Assembly: GCA_028289135.1 (NCBI GenBank)
Contig: JAQGGW010000003.1
Location: forward strand, 66,015 to 130,014
DNA from: Candidatus Saccharimonadota bacterium
GTDB lineage: Bacteria; Patescibacteriota; Saccharimonadia; Saccharimonadales; JACDBH01
Length of the DNA: 64,000 nucleotides
Reading direction: 5' to 3'
The position numbers and the translations under genes were made by a program. The notes beneath the pieces were generated by a model. The model was given only the letters and a program-made list of their open reading frames with translations, was not told the origin of the DNA and did not search any database. This document shows, piece by piece, positions 18,430-27,034 of this stretch (within the stretch, counting starts at the first letter, position 1; each line of letters begins with the position of its first letter).

Positions 18430-19412
18430 TGGATACCGCTCTAGAATCTGTGGCTGGCGTAAACCCTGATCACTTGGGTCTACTTAATGCCAGCCTGCGC
18501 GCGCCATCGGCGCATAACGCACAGCCCTGGAAAATAAAGCCGCTTCCTGATGGCAAAACTTATGAGCTGCATTATGACCACAACGACTACCTGCCCGATG
18601 ATCCAGATGACCGCGACGCATACCTAACAATGGGCGCGTTTGTTGAAACCATAGTGCTGGAAGCACCCAACTTTAATTTGGCTGTAACTGTCACTCCAAA
18701 ATTAAGCCGGACTGGCGATGACCTATTTGTAGCCGAAGTCAGCTTTAGCCCGCTTGCACCGGGCGGCCAGACAGACCCGCTTAGCGCGTGGGTTAGTAAG
18801 CGCTCCACCAACCGCAACCACTATACAAAAGATGCATTGACTCCCGAACTTGAGACTTCTCTTAAAGACCTTGGGAATGCCTTGGTTGAACCAAAAATAT
18901 TAAAAGACGTGCTAACTGAAGCAAGTATGAAATCCTGGGCCAACCCGCGGTTCGTACACGACCTAAAAGTCTGGTACCGCAGCGACAAGCATGCTGGCGA
19001 TGGCTATACTTCACCACAGATGCATTTAAGCCCTGTCGTTACCGCGGCTTTAAAGTTTGCTTTTTGGCGTGGTAATTTAAAGTCTAAATTCATGGAACGC
19101 ATCTATTCAACCCGTGATGTTGCAATGTTTACGGCTGCACCAAAAGCCGCCGTGCTGTCAGCTACAGATATGAGCCCCGCTGCTTTATTTGACGCTGGAC
19201 GCCGTTTGTTCCGGTCGTGGGTGACCATCATAGCAGCAGGCTATGTCTACCATCCGTTTTCTATCGCTATCGATGAAAAATCTACCGCCCCGCAAGTCGC
19301 CAAACTTTCTAACACCCCTGTGCCAGTCGCTCTTTACCGCATCGGCAAGTCCAACAAACCGCCGCGAGCAATGTCTAACCGCAAACCGCTCAAAGATGTT
19401 TTGTTATCATAG
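18429..19412 (+). CDS. Acg-family (tandem nitroreductase-fold) FMN-binding oxidoreductase-like
   Basis: SLRAPSAHNAQPWKI N-terminal motif. ~330 aa, collinear by eye with M. tuberculosis Acg (Rv2032). TAATG overlap with the upstream gene. Confidence 0.65.
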   Translation: MDTALESVAGVNPDHLGLLNASLRAPSAHNAQPWKIKPLPDGKTYELHYDHNDYLPDDPDDRDAYLTMGAFVETIVLEAPNFNLAVTVTPKLSRTGDDLFVAEVSFSPLAPGGQTDPLSAWVSKRSTNRNHYTKDALTPELETSLKDLGNALVEPKILKDVLTEASMKSWANPRFVHDLKVWYRSDKHAGDGYTSPQMHLSPVVTAALKFAFWRGNLKSKFMERIYSTRDVAMFTAAPKAAVLSATDMSPAALFDAGRRLFRSWVTIIAAGYVYHPFSIAIDEKSTAPQVAKLSNTPVPVALYRIGKSNKPPRAMSNRKPLKDVLLS

Positions 19413-19421
19413 CCTGCAGGA

Positions 19422-20900
19422 TTAGTAGCCCGAGAAGTAGTCGCTAATTATTTGGCTGGCGTGCACGCCGTGGTGGCGCAGAAGTTCGCGGTATGACTCC
19501 ACCAATCCATTTGGCCCGGAAATATAAAACAAACGTTCTGAGAAATCAGGCACGTGTCCAGCTAATTGTTTTAAGCTCAGTCTGCCTGATGTTATGGGAA
19601 CAAACTTAAGCCCGGGCGTTGAAGTAAATATATCAGTGTAAGCAAGCTCAGCGGCGTCGGAAACCAAATAAAACAAAACGATATCGCGCTGCTCACGGGT
19701 GTCGGTTAAATATTTCGCCATGCTCCTAAATGGCGTAACGCCGACGCCTCCAGCGATAAAAACTAATTTTTTAGACGAATCTGTGGGCAGAGTAAAGTTA
19801 CCGGCAAGCTGGCCGGCAGCAATTTTGTCACCCGGTTTCATATTAAAAAGCGCGCGCTTAAAATTGCTAGGCGGCGCGTAAAATTTGACTCCCATATGCA
19901 CATCCGGTTCGGTTGGCGACGAAGCGATCGTAAAGCTGCGCCGGTTGCCACGCCCGTCACTTTTCATGTTCGGCATCGTCCATTCCATATACTGCCCAGG
20001 CTCAAAACTAAATCGATGATCGGGCTTGAAAACATAGTCATAAACCCTAGGCGAAATTTCATTTTTGGCCTTAAGCGTTAAGTTTAGCTTGAACTTTGGG
20101 TTTAGAATAAAGGCAAATATATTGCCGACCGCCAGCACCATGTGCGGGCTGGTCGAGAGTATTCCAAAGCGAAGCTGCGCGCTAAAAAGCGCACCCACCA
20201 GAAGGCCGTAAAGCAGCTGGTAGTATTCATGAACGGGCATGGTGGCTGGTTCGGTTAACATAACGCTTGCTAGGAATATTAACGGGCCGGAAAGTACCGC
20301 GTTTTTTAGCAGTGTCACCAGTGGTAAGGAGCCTACCACGCCAACCAGTACTAGCATTGCAATACTAGCCGCAACAAATGTTAAAGCCAGCTTAAAACCA
20401 CGTATTTTTCGTAATATTAATAGCCCGAAAATCACCACGAAAGGCAGCATGGTTGGGTTGCCGATCCACCAGGTCACCGACATAAGCCCAGTGAGGCTCA
20501 AAAAAAGCGCGCCAGCAACCGCCGGGTTAAAAATATGCTTATGGTGATATGAAATGAGAAACTTTGAGACAACAGCAACTGCCCCCGCTAACGCCACATA
20601 TGATAAACGCGCAACCGTTGTCGATGGCGGCAAGATGCAGGCCAGGATTAGGGCAGTAATTAAATATGACTCGCTGTTTGTTACGGCGCCGTAAAGTTTT
20701 TCTAGCAGTTTGTTGGTCAGGTAACTAACTGCTACTAAAACAACCGCAACCAAAACAATCCCGAGGCCGGACAACGACAATACGCCCATAAAGCCAAAAA
20801 AGCTGGCCAAAACCAAAAGCAAAATAAGCCCATAGAGCAGCAGGCGGTACATAGTGATGCTGTTTAACAGCTGGTCAACACGCTTAATAATAAAACTCAT
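19422..20900 (-). CDS. Fusion: RnfD/NqrB-like polytopic membrane domain + FNR-like FAD/NAD(P)H oxidoreductase domain
   Basis: N-terminal ~260 aa multi-TM with FNPA motif. C-terminal RSFTIASSP (RxYS-type FAD site) and GGVGVTPF (NAD(P)H site). Confidence 0.7.
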   Translation of the reverse strand: MSFIIKRVDQLLNSITMYRLLLYGLILLLVLASFFGFMGVLSLSGLGIVLVAVVLVAVSYLTNKLLEKLYGAVTNSESYLITALILACILPPSTTVARLSYVALAGAVAVVSKFLISYHHKHIFNPAVAGALFLSLTGLMSVTWWIGNPTMLPFVVIFGLLILRKIRGFKLALTFVAASIAMLVLVGVVGSLPLVTLLKNAVLSGPLIFLASVMLTEPATMPVHEYYQLLYGLLVGALFSAQLRFGILSTSPHMVLAVGNIFAFILNPKFKLNLTLKAKNEISPRVYDYVFKPDHRFSFEPGQYMEWTMPNMKSDGRGNRRSFTIASSPTEPDVHMGVKFYAPPSNFKRALFNMKPGDKIAAGQLAGNFTLPTDSSKKLVFIAGGVGVTPFRSMAKYLTDTREQRDIVLFYLVSDAAELAYTDIFTSTPGLKFVPITSGRLSLKQLAGHVPDFSERLFYISGPNGLVESYRELLRHHGVHASQIISDYFSGY

Positions 20901-20903
20901 ATG

Positions 20904-21806
20904 CTACACATTTTCCGGATTAAAAAACGTTGCCGGAAAGTTGGAAGAATAAACCAGTGAACCGTCTGTTTTAAGCATGGCATAATCAAAATTATAACGC
21001 TTATGCAGACCTTGTACGTCCACAAAATACAGCGCGGTCGTAAGAGCGTCAGCCAGCATAGTGTTTTTAGCCACCACCCACACGGCAGCGATGTGCTGCG
21101 GCGAACTTAAATTTTTAGGGTTTAAAATGTGGCTGTACCCTGCCCAGGCGCGGCGGTTGCCGGCCGATCCACAGATTGCCTGGCCGTTAATGGTCGCGAT
21201 GCCAATGGCTTCTGTCGTGTCATTAGGATTTTCTAAAGCCACCTCCACCGCGCCGTTTTTTGCCAATATATCACCGCCAGCGTTAATAATAAAACCATCG
21301 CAAACTGCAGTGAGCAGCTCACCCAAAATGTCTACCAAATAGCCTTTGCCGAGTGCGCCAAAGTCTAGTAAAAAGGGCTTTTTTAAGTTTAAAACTGGAA
21401 AATTATAATTCATAGCTTCGTCCCATGAGGGCGGCGAAGTAACTTTTTTAGGCCTAAAAGAATAGCTGGCGTCGTAGCCAGCGTCACTTAACGCTTGGCC
21501 AATTAGCGGCGTCATTAAACCTTGGCTTATTTGGTAAAGCTCCTCGTACATGTCCATCATCGGCTTGGCGTCTGCCGGCAAAGTATATTTTCCGGCCGTC
21601 TGCGACATTTTAGTAACTAAAGAATCAGTGCGGAAGCGGGAGTAGTTTTTATCAAATGTTTCAATACGCTGAAGTATCATTTTTTCTATTTTTTTCTCAG
21701 ACTCTGCGGTGTCAAAAAATTCCACAGTCCACTGCGTGCCAATCGCTTCAAAGCTAAGCGTAAAATTGTTAGGCTTTGGCTTGGTTTTCGATTTGGCTAA
21801 TGGCAT
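20904..21806 (-). CDS. apbE: ApbE-family FAD:protein FMN transferase
   Basis: ALGKGYLVD, INAGGDI, SAGNRRAW..SHILNPKN, LADALTTALYF motifs. Confidence 0.85.
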   Translation of the reverse strand: MPLAKSKTKPKPNNFTLSFEAIGTQWTVEFFDTAESEKKIEKMILQRIETFDKNYSRFRTDSLVTKMSQTAGKYTLPADAKPMMDMYEELYQISQGLMTPLIGQALSDAGYDASYSFRPKKVTSPPSWDEAMNYNFPVLNLKKPFLLDFGALGKGYLVDILGELLTAVCDGFIINAGGDILAKNGAVEVALENPNDTTEAIGIATINGQAICGSAGNRRAWAGYSHILNPKNLSSPQHIAAVWVVAKNTMLADALTTALYFVDVQGLHKRYNFDYAMLKTDGSLVYSSNFPATFFNPENV

Positions 21807-22296
21807 CGTTAAAACCTTGCGATGTTAATGAAGAGCCCGAAACGCGTGAAAGTTTGATGCTGGCAATGCTTTTGCCGACAACGAATGACTTATAGTTTTG
21901 GACAAATTCGGTCGCGTATTCCTTGGACTCGCGGCTTATGGCCGAAGCGGCTGCCGAAGTGTCTGTCACAATGCCGTCTTTAAGAGTGACGGTTACCTTA
22001 ATATTTTCTGTATTTTCAGGGGTAGCGTAGTCGGCTGTGGCGGTGTAAGTGCCGTCTTTAAAGCTCGAGGTAGATGTGTCCGTAGTTGGTGTAGTAGTGG
22101 TAGTTGTGTCGGTGGCGGCAGGAGTTGGCGTGGTCGTGTCGGTTGCGGAGCTTGATGATAAGCTTGTGCGGGCCACTGTATTGTCAGAGGCGGTCGATGA
22201 TTTTTTGTGAGTCAAAATAACACCTGTAACAATAAAGACCACAACCAAAAGCACGCTGAGCGTAACGATCAAATCCTTTTTTTTATTCTGCTCCAC
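21769..22296 (-). CDS. Membrane-anchored extracytoplasmic FMN-binding domain protein (flavinylation substrate)
   Basis: N-terminal TM, Thr-rich linker, FMN_bind-like domain with SGSSLTS matching the [S/T]G[A/S][S/T] flavinylation motif. Confidence 0.7.
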   Translation of the reverse strand: MEQNKKKDLIVTLSVLLVVVFIVTGVILTHKKSSTASDNTVARTSLSSSSATDTTTPTPAATDTTTTTTPTTDTSTSSFKDGTYTATADYATPENTENIKVTVTLKDGIVTDTSAAASAISRESKEYATEFVQNYKSFVVGKSIASIKLSRVSGSSLTSQGFNDAISQIENQAKA

Positions 22297-22456
22297 TCGG
22301 ACACCCCTTTTATTACTGATTTAGTTACCAGTATAACTGATGCGGGCTGAAGTGAAGCTGAGAACGTTTATTATTTTTTGAAATAAAAGGCTTGTATTTA
22401 GTAAATTGTGGGATTATATTGGATTTGAATCAATTTAAAAATAAAGTGTAGAAAAT

Positions 22457-22933
22457 ATGGTTACTTACGCCCCTGCGGCAAATGTTTTAGAAAGTGATAT
22501 GTGGACACGTGTTGCTTATTATGCAGCACCTGTACAGAATGCCCTTAGACGTATTGGTGGTTTCGCATCTGGCAATGGTATGACGTTAGAAGAGACATTA
22601 GTAGATGAGACGTTACCAAGTACTATGCATCTTCACGAAGATATAGGAGATACTGGAGCAACCGTAGATATAGAATTTTTGCCAGAGCATGTTTATGGAG
22701 TTGTGGCGAAGCCTGGTGTAAAAATCGAAAATCCGGAGTTAACTGCCGAAACAATTATAAGAAAAGTTGTAATAGCGGCCGAACTAGTGGGCATAACCTT
22801 CTTGCCAACCTGCACTCCGGAAGCACAAGATCATGCTGAAACCATACTCAAGCCAATTAGGGAAAAGCGTTTGGAAGCCGAACGTATAGAGGCTGAGGCT
22901 TTAGAAGCCGTTAGCACCACTGCCGCGGCATAA
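22457..22933 (+). CDS. Hypothetical protein
   Basis: 158-aa ORF; no motif recognised. Confidence 0.45.
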   Translation: MVTYAPAANVLESDMWTRVAYYAAPVQNALRRIGGFASGNGMTLEETLVDETLPSTMHLHEDIGDTGATVDIEFLPEHVYGVVAKPGVKIENPELTAETIIRKVVIAAELVGITFLPTCTPEAQDHAETILKPIREKRLEAERIEAEALEAVSTTAAA

Positions 22934-22945
22934 GTTCTCTCTAAA

Positions 22946-23860
22946 TTAGCAGCCAGTAATTATGATGTTTGTGTTAGAGCTATTGTTGTTTGTGGCGTTG
23001 CCGCTCGAGGCATTTCCGCCGGTTGTGTTTCCATTTGTGCTGGCATCGCCTGTGGTTGAAGACTGATTTGTATTATTAGTTACCGTTATGTTGTTATTGC
23101 TTTGACAGGTGGTATTAGTATTTGTAGTTGTGGTAGTTGTATTACCGCCTGATGGTGGTGTGATAACTGGGCTAGCAGACGTTAGTTTGTTATTTATTAA
23201 CGAAACGGTATTGCTCTTTAATAACGCAAGTGCTGGAAAACTTACAAATATTGAACCGATAAGTAATAAGGCCGAGAGCACCGCTGCAGCACCAAATTTT
23301 GACATAGGCTTTGCGTCTGCTTTTTCGCGAGCCAGGATGAGTGCTGTTTTGTATGGTGCGTATTGGCGATAGTATGCAATGAGTCTTTTGGATTCTTCAA
23401 ACATAACTACAAATGCCGGGATATAGATAATAATTAAAATTCCAACAAGAGTGTGGCTCCACGCCAGGGCCGTACCAATATAGGGAACATGCCACATAAC
23501 TTTACCTTGTACTTGCCCGCCTACAACGGGCATGTCAGCGCTTGGATTGGCATCGCCTTTAGTTATAAAAGACGGAATTATTCCGCCAAGTTTATACATT
23601 TTGATAATACGATGAGAAATTGTAGAACCTTTATGAAGCGAGTTGGCGTAAGTAATTACATCCCCAATCTTTAACGTAGATATTGGGACGCTATGAACTA
23701 GCACGAGTGAACCTGGGTTAATATTTGGTTTCATACTTCCAGTTGGTACGGTGAGGGCCTTCCAGCCCGTCACCGACCAATTGAAGAGTACGATCATCGC
23801 GAAGCAAGCTACCGCGACCGTTACACTAAAACCAATGATGATTCTATGAATCAATTTCAT
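22946..23860 (-). CDS. sipW: SipW-type (S26B, ER/archaeal-type) signal peptidase I with TM-anchored Asn/Thr-rich C-terminal extension
   Basis: N-terminal TM then PTGSMKPNINPGSLVLV (catalytic Ser), GDVITY, SHRII. Extra TM helices and a ~95-aa N/T/S/G low-complexity tail ending ...IIITGC. Confidence 0.75.
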   Translation of the reverse strand: MKLIHRIIIGFSVTVAVACFAMIVLFNWSVTGWKALTVPTGSMKPNINPGSLVLVHSVPISTLKIGDVITYANSLHKGSTISHRIIKMYKLGGIIPSFITKGDANPSADMPVVGGQVQGKVMWHVPYIGTALAWSHTLVGILIIIYIPAFVVMFEESKRLIAYYRQYAPYKTALILAREKADAKPMSKFGAAAVLSALLLIGSIFVSFPALALLKSNTVSLINNKLTSASPVITPPSGGNTTTTTTNTNTTCQSNNNITVTNNTNQSSTTGDASTNGNTTGGNASSGNATNNNSSNTNIIITGC

Positions 23861-23874
23861 TAGTTATTTTTTTC

Positions 23875-24429
23875 TTAGCTCTGGGTTACTTCTGTACCAG
23901 TAAATTCAACACTAAATGGTGAAACAGTTTTGCCACCTTGGCCAGTAGCACTGCTTGAAAGTGTTGCAGTTTCTGAACAGGTAAATACACTACCAGCAGT
24001 TAAAGCATTCGCAGATATTGCTGCAGATCCGCCGTTCCATTGAGCTAGTGTATATGAAACATCACCACCACCACAGTTAATAGTTAGTGTGATATCTGAT
24101 GCCGATATAGCAGAACCACTAAAGTCACCGGGAACATGAGCACTAACATTTAAATCTGATTGACCTGTATTTTTAAGATAAAAAGTAAATGGAGAACTTG
24201 GAACGCCCGGCTTTAATGTTGCAGTCATACCAGTTACGCTATTATCGTTATAGACTTCTGAAACACTACCAATTTGTAGGTGTGCTGTTGCAGAGCTTAA
24301 TGTATTTGGCGATAGTGCTACTGTATTTGAAGTTAATGCCGCAAATGTGATTCCTGTCACAAGACCTGCAGTAACACCCATAACGCCTACTGCGCGCGCA
24401 ATCGGACTAAACTTTGATAATCTACCCAT
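23875..24429 (-). CDS. TasA/camelysin-like secreted protein with SipW-cognate-type signal peptide
   Basis: N-terminus MGRLSKFSPIARAVGVMGVTAGLVTGITFAALTSNTVAL resembles the SipW-dependent signal class. Beta-rich 184 aa. Directly upstream of sipW. Confidence 0.55.
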   Translation of the reverse strand: MGRLSKFSPIARAVGVMGVTAGLVTGITFAALTSNTVALSPNTLSSATAHLQIGSVSEVYNDNSVTGMTATLKPGVPSSPFTFYLKNTGQSDLNVSAHVPGDFSGSAISASDITLTINCGGGDVSYTLAQWNGGSAAISANALTAGSVFTCSETATLSSSATGQGGKTVSPFSVEFTGTEVTQS

Positions 24430-24606
24430 AACCCACCCCCTTATTTAATTTGTACTTCAACCCAGGCAGCCGAAGGGCTGCCTCAAGAAACTCCCACACC
24501 TCTATTCTCGCAATATAGATGTGTACCATTACATTATATAACGCTTGCGGTTATCCTGACCTGCCTCACAGAAACCATGTAAGATTTCTTACTTTTGTTT
24601 AACGGG

Positions 24607-24981
24607 TTATTTTGCCGCGATGACGCTGATTTCGATGCTGGCGCCGAGCGGGAGTTCTTTGACGCAGATTGCTTCGCGTGCTGGCATAAATGATTTGAAA
24701 TAGGTTGGGTATTCTTCGTTGATTTGCGGCATCTGGCCCATGTCTGTCACGTAGATTGTTACCTTTACGATGTCATCCAGCGTTGCTCCGGCTTCGCTCA
24801 ATATTGCGCTGATGTTTTGCATGATTTGGCTCAGTTTTTCTTTTGGAAAGCCCTCAACCAATTTTCCTTCCACTGTATTATGGACTTGGCCGCTGACAAA
24901 AATAAACCCGTTGCTTACAACTGCCTGCGACAATATTGCGTCAGCCTTTGGTGCATTGCTGGCTATAATCTGCTGTTTCAT
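24607..24981 (-). CDS. ridA: RidA/YjgF-family reactive-intermediate deaminase
   Basis: 124 aa; ...VKVTIYVTDM...ARE AICVKELPLGASIEI typical of YjgF/RidA. Confidence 0.85.
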   Translation of the reverse strand: MKQQIIASNAPKADAILSQAVVSNGFIFVSGQVHNTVEGKLVEGFPKEKLSQIMQNISAILSEAGATLDDIVKVTIYVTDMGQMPQINEEYPTYFKSFMPAREAICVKELPLGASIEISVIAAK

Positions 24982-25946
24982 TTTAAGATCCTGACTTTTT
25001 TAAAGTTTTTGCCCGGAAGGCCTTCAATGTTCACATCTTCCCATTCAAATTCGGCGGCGGCCAGCTGTTTTGGTGTTAAAATGATTTCACTAAATTCCTC
25101 ACCCTTAGGTTCAAGCGCACCAACCGCAACCCAAAACTTACCATATGATTTTTTCGTACTGCCGGTTGTAATACAACCCTTAAAATACATTGGACTGCTT
25201 GGAATCATAGTTGGATCATATATATAGCGTTCCATGGTTTTAGTCCGCTCTATGCTTTGGTGAATCAGCTCAGCTTTTTCCCGCCACAATGGATCATCTG
25301 CTTGACCAGGGCTAAGACGTACATTTAGTTCGGTCGCATGTCTCTGATGTTCATTAAGTTCAGGCAACTTCCCTCCAAGCTCCTGCATGACCTTGGCCTT
25401 TGCCTCTTCAAGCTCCGCTAAATATTCATCTTCGTTTTCATAATCATCACCGTATCTTTTATAGATTACATGTACACCACTTGGGATATATTGTTGTAGC
25501 CATGTTAGCATTGCTTGAAACGTTTCCGAATATTGATCTGTTTCTTCTTTTGGTAAATTATTCATGTTTTGTAAAACTACATCTTCTGAATAAAACTCAA
25601 ACTCGACCCCATATTCGTAAACACTTGCAACCGATTTCACCCAACGTAATAAATAAATTGTTGCAAACAGTTCGGCCCAATCAATTTCTGGTGCCTCATC
25701 AAAATGCCATAGCTTATTACCACCAAAAATTAGATTAAATTTTATCGGCTTCTTTTGTTCTACTGACAACTTTATAGCTTTTTTAGCAACTGCGATGGCA
25801 TCTTCATCTGCTTTCAATTTGCGGAATTTTTTTGACATTACTTTCGCATAAATGGCATCTTCAAGAGAGCTACTACCAATGTCTTCTATAATAATTGGCT
25901 CTTTGAGTGTTTGAAGCGTTAATTCGATGTGTTCTTGCGCAGTCAT
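24978..25946 (-). CDS. Hypothetical enzyme-sized protein, 322 aa (family not recognised)
   Basis: Long ORF, ATGA-coupled to ridA, preceded by a structured leader. Confidence 0.55.
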   Translation of the reverse strand: MTAQEHIELTLQTLKEPIIIEDIGSSSLEDAIYAKVMSKKFRKLKADEDAIAVAKKAIKLSVEQKKPIKFNLIFGGNKLWHFDEAPEIDWAELFATIYLLRWVKSVASVYEYGVEFEFYSEDVVLQNMNNLPKEETDQYSETFQAMLTWLQQYIPSGVHVIYKRYGDDYENEDEYLAELEEAKAKVMQELGGKLPELNEHQRHATELNVRLSPGQADDPLWREKAELIHQSIERTKTMERYIYDPTMIPSSPMYFKGCITTGSTKKSYGKFWVAVGALEPKGEEFSEIILTPKQLAAAEFEWEDVNIEGLPGKNFKKVRILK

Positions 25947-26040
25947 AGTGTGTGGAGATGCGAGGCAGACATGAACCTACCGTTGCAGCCCTTCCGGACT
26001 GCCACCTATTCTCGGTCACCGCATCTGTTATATTGTATCA
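25947..26040 (-). promoter_or_regulatory. Extended -10 (TGaTACAAT) plus ~85-nt structured leader (riboswitch-like candidate, class unknown)
   Basis: Minus strand: tgatacaat..AGATGCG-[60 nt incl. GCAGUCC-GGAA-GGGCUGC hairpin]-CGCATCT..ATG. The 7-bp closing helix starts at about the predicted TSS. Confidence 0.3.
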
Positions 26041-26078
26041 CTCTTCATATCTGATAGTTATACTTAACAGCTTGTCGG

Positions 26079-26813
26079 CTATTTTCCAGCCATCCCATAT
26101 CCGCCATCTACTGTGATGACTTGTCCAGTTATAAAAGCAGCTTTATCACTAGCAAGAAAGATCATAACCTCAGCAACCTCTTCTGGTTGAGCCGCTCGTT
26201 CTAGTAAGGCATTTTTTACTTGGGTATGCACGGCTTCAGTCCATGCGTTACTCATGTGGGTCATTGTAAACCCAGGGGCCACAGCATTCACGGCAACATA
26301 CGGAGCAAACTCCTTAGCAAGTACGGCGGTTAGGTTATTTACAGCGGCCTTACTGGCAGAGTAGGCTGGGATACGAGCTGATGACGTGTTTTCAATCCCC
26401 CGCATTGAAGAGACATTTACGATACGGCCAGTTTTGGCCTTAAGCATATAAGGAGCTACTGCCTGAATGAAGTGAACCGTGCCAAGTACATTTACTTTAA
26501 AGACCTCAATCCAATGTTCATCAGAAGATTTTAAGAATGGTTCAGCTGCTGCCATGCCAGCACAATTAATTAAAGCGTCTATCCTTCCTACTTTTTCTAT
26601 TATTTCCTTAACAACAGCTTCAACTGCTAGTTTGTCGGCAACATCGCAAAGCACGTAATCACACTTTAATTCCTGGCTTAAAGCTTTTAGCTCATCAGTC
26701 ATAACGCGACCATGCAAAATAACTTTTGCACCTTGTTCAAATGCTAAACGTGCAGCGGCAGCACCCATACCAACTCGAGATGAACCTGTAATTAAAACAG
26801 TCTTATCTTTCAT
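26079..26813 (-). CDS. Short-chain dehydrogenase/reductase (FabG-like)
   Basis: TGSSRVGMGAA cofactor loop and YSASKAA catalytic motif. Confidence 0.85.
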   Translation of the reverse strand: MKDKTVLITGSSRVGMGAAAARLAFEQGAKVILHGRVMTDELKALSQELKCDYVLCDVADKLAVEAVVKEIIEKVGRIDALINCAGMAAAEPFLKSSDEHWIEVFKVNVLGTVHFIQAVAPYMLKAKTGRIVNVSSMRGIENTSSARIPAYSASKAAVNNLTAVLAKEFAPYVAVNAVAPGFTMTHMSNAWTEAVHTQVKNALLERAAQPEEVAEVMIFLASDKAAFITGQVITVDGGYGMAGK

Positions 26814-26814
26814 A

Positions 26815-26955
26815 CTATTTACTCCAGCCGTTCATTTCTAGAATGTACTTACGCTCGTTATCATACGCGAAGCGCACCTCCATGAGCTGTATATGCGCCA
26901 TATAGTCCCGGATAATTTTCTCAATGTCCATAAAAAGTTCCTTGTTTGCTGTCAT
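26815..26955 (-). CDS. Possible small protein, 46 aa
   Basis: MTANKELFMDIEKIIRDYMAHIQLMEVRFAYDNERKYILEMNGWSK. Stop lies 1 nt before the SDR start. No clear SD. Confidence 0.25.
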   Translation of the reverse strand: MTANKELFMDIEKIIRDYMAHIQLMEVRFAYDNERKYILEMNGWSK

Positions 26956-27034
26956 TGTAAACTGTTAACGGACACTTTTCCATGCGAATTTATATGGCTT
27001 TGACGAAACCGTTTTGAAATTTACTATTCAACAA

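Noticed and set aside
23000-23130. Repetitive DNA that might be a tandem repeat or CRISPR-like array (also 57130-57230 and 22060-22160)
   Set aside because: The periodicity is codon-level low complexity inside ORFs (Asn/Thr tail of SipW, poly-Gly tract, Thr linker). There are no repeat-spacer units or constant-length direct repeats. No CRISPR array was seen anywhere in the window.
25947-26040. Naming the leader as an NAD+-I, c-di-GMP-I, glycine or guanidine-I riboswitch
   Set aside because: There are only short coincidental similarities (CAAC..GGUAGGU, ACCGAGA, CCGAAGGG). The overall consensus architectures do not fit and I cannot run cmscan.
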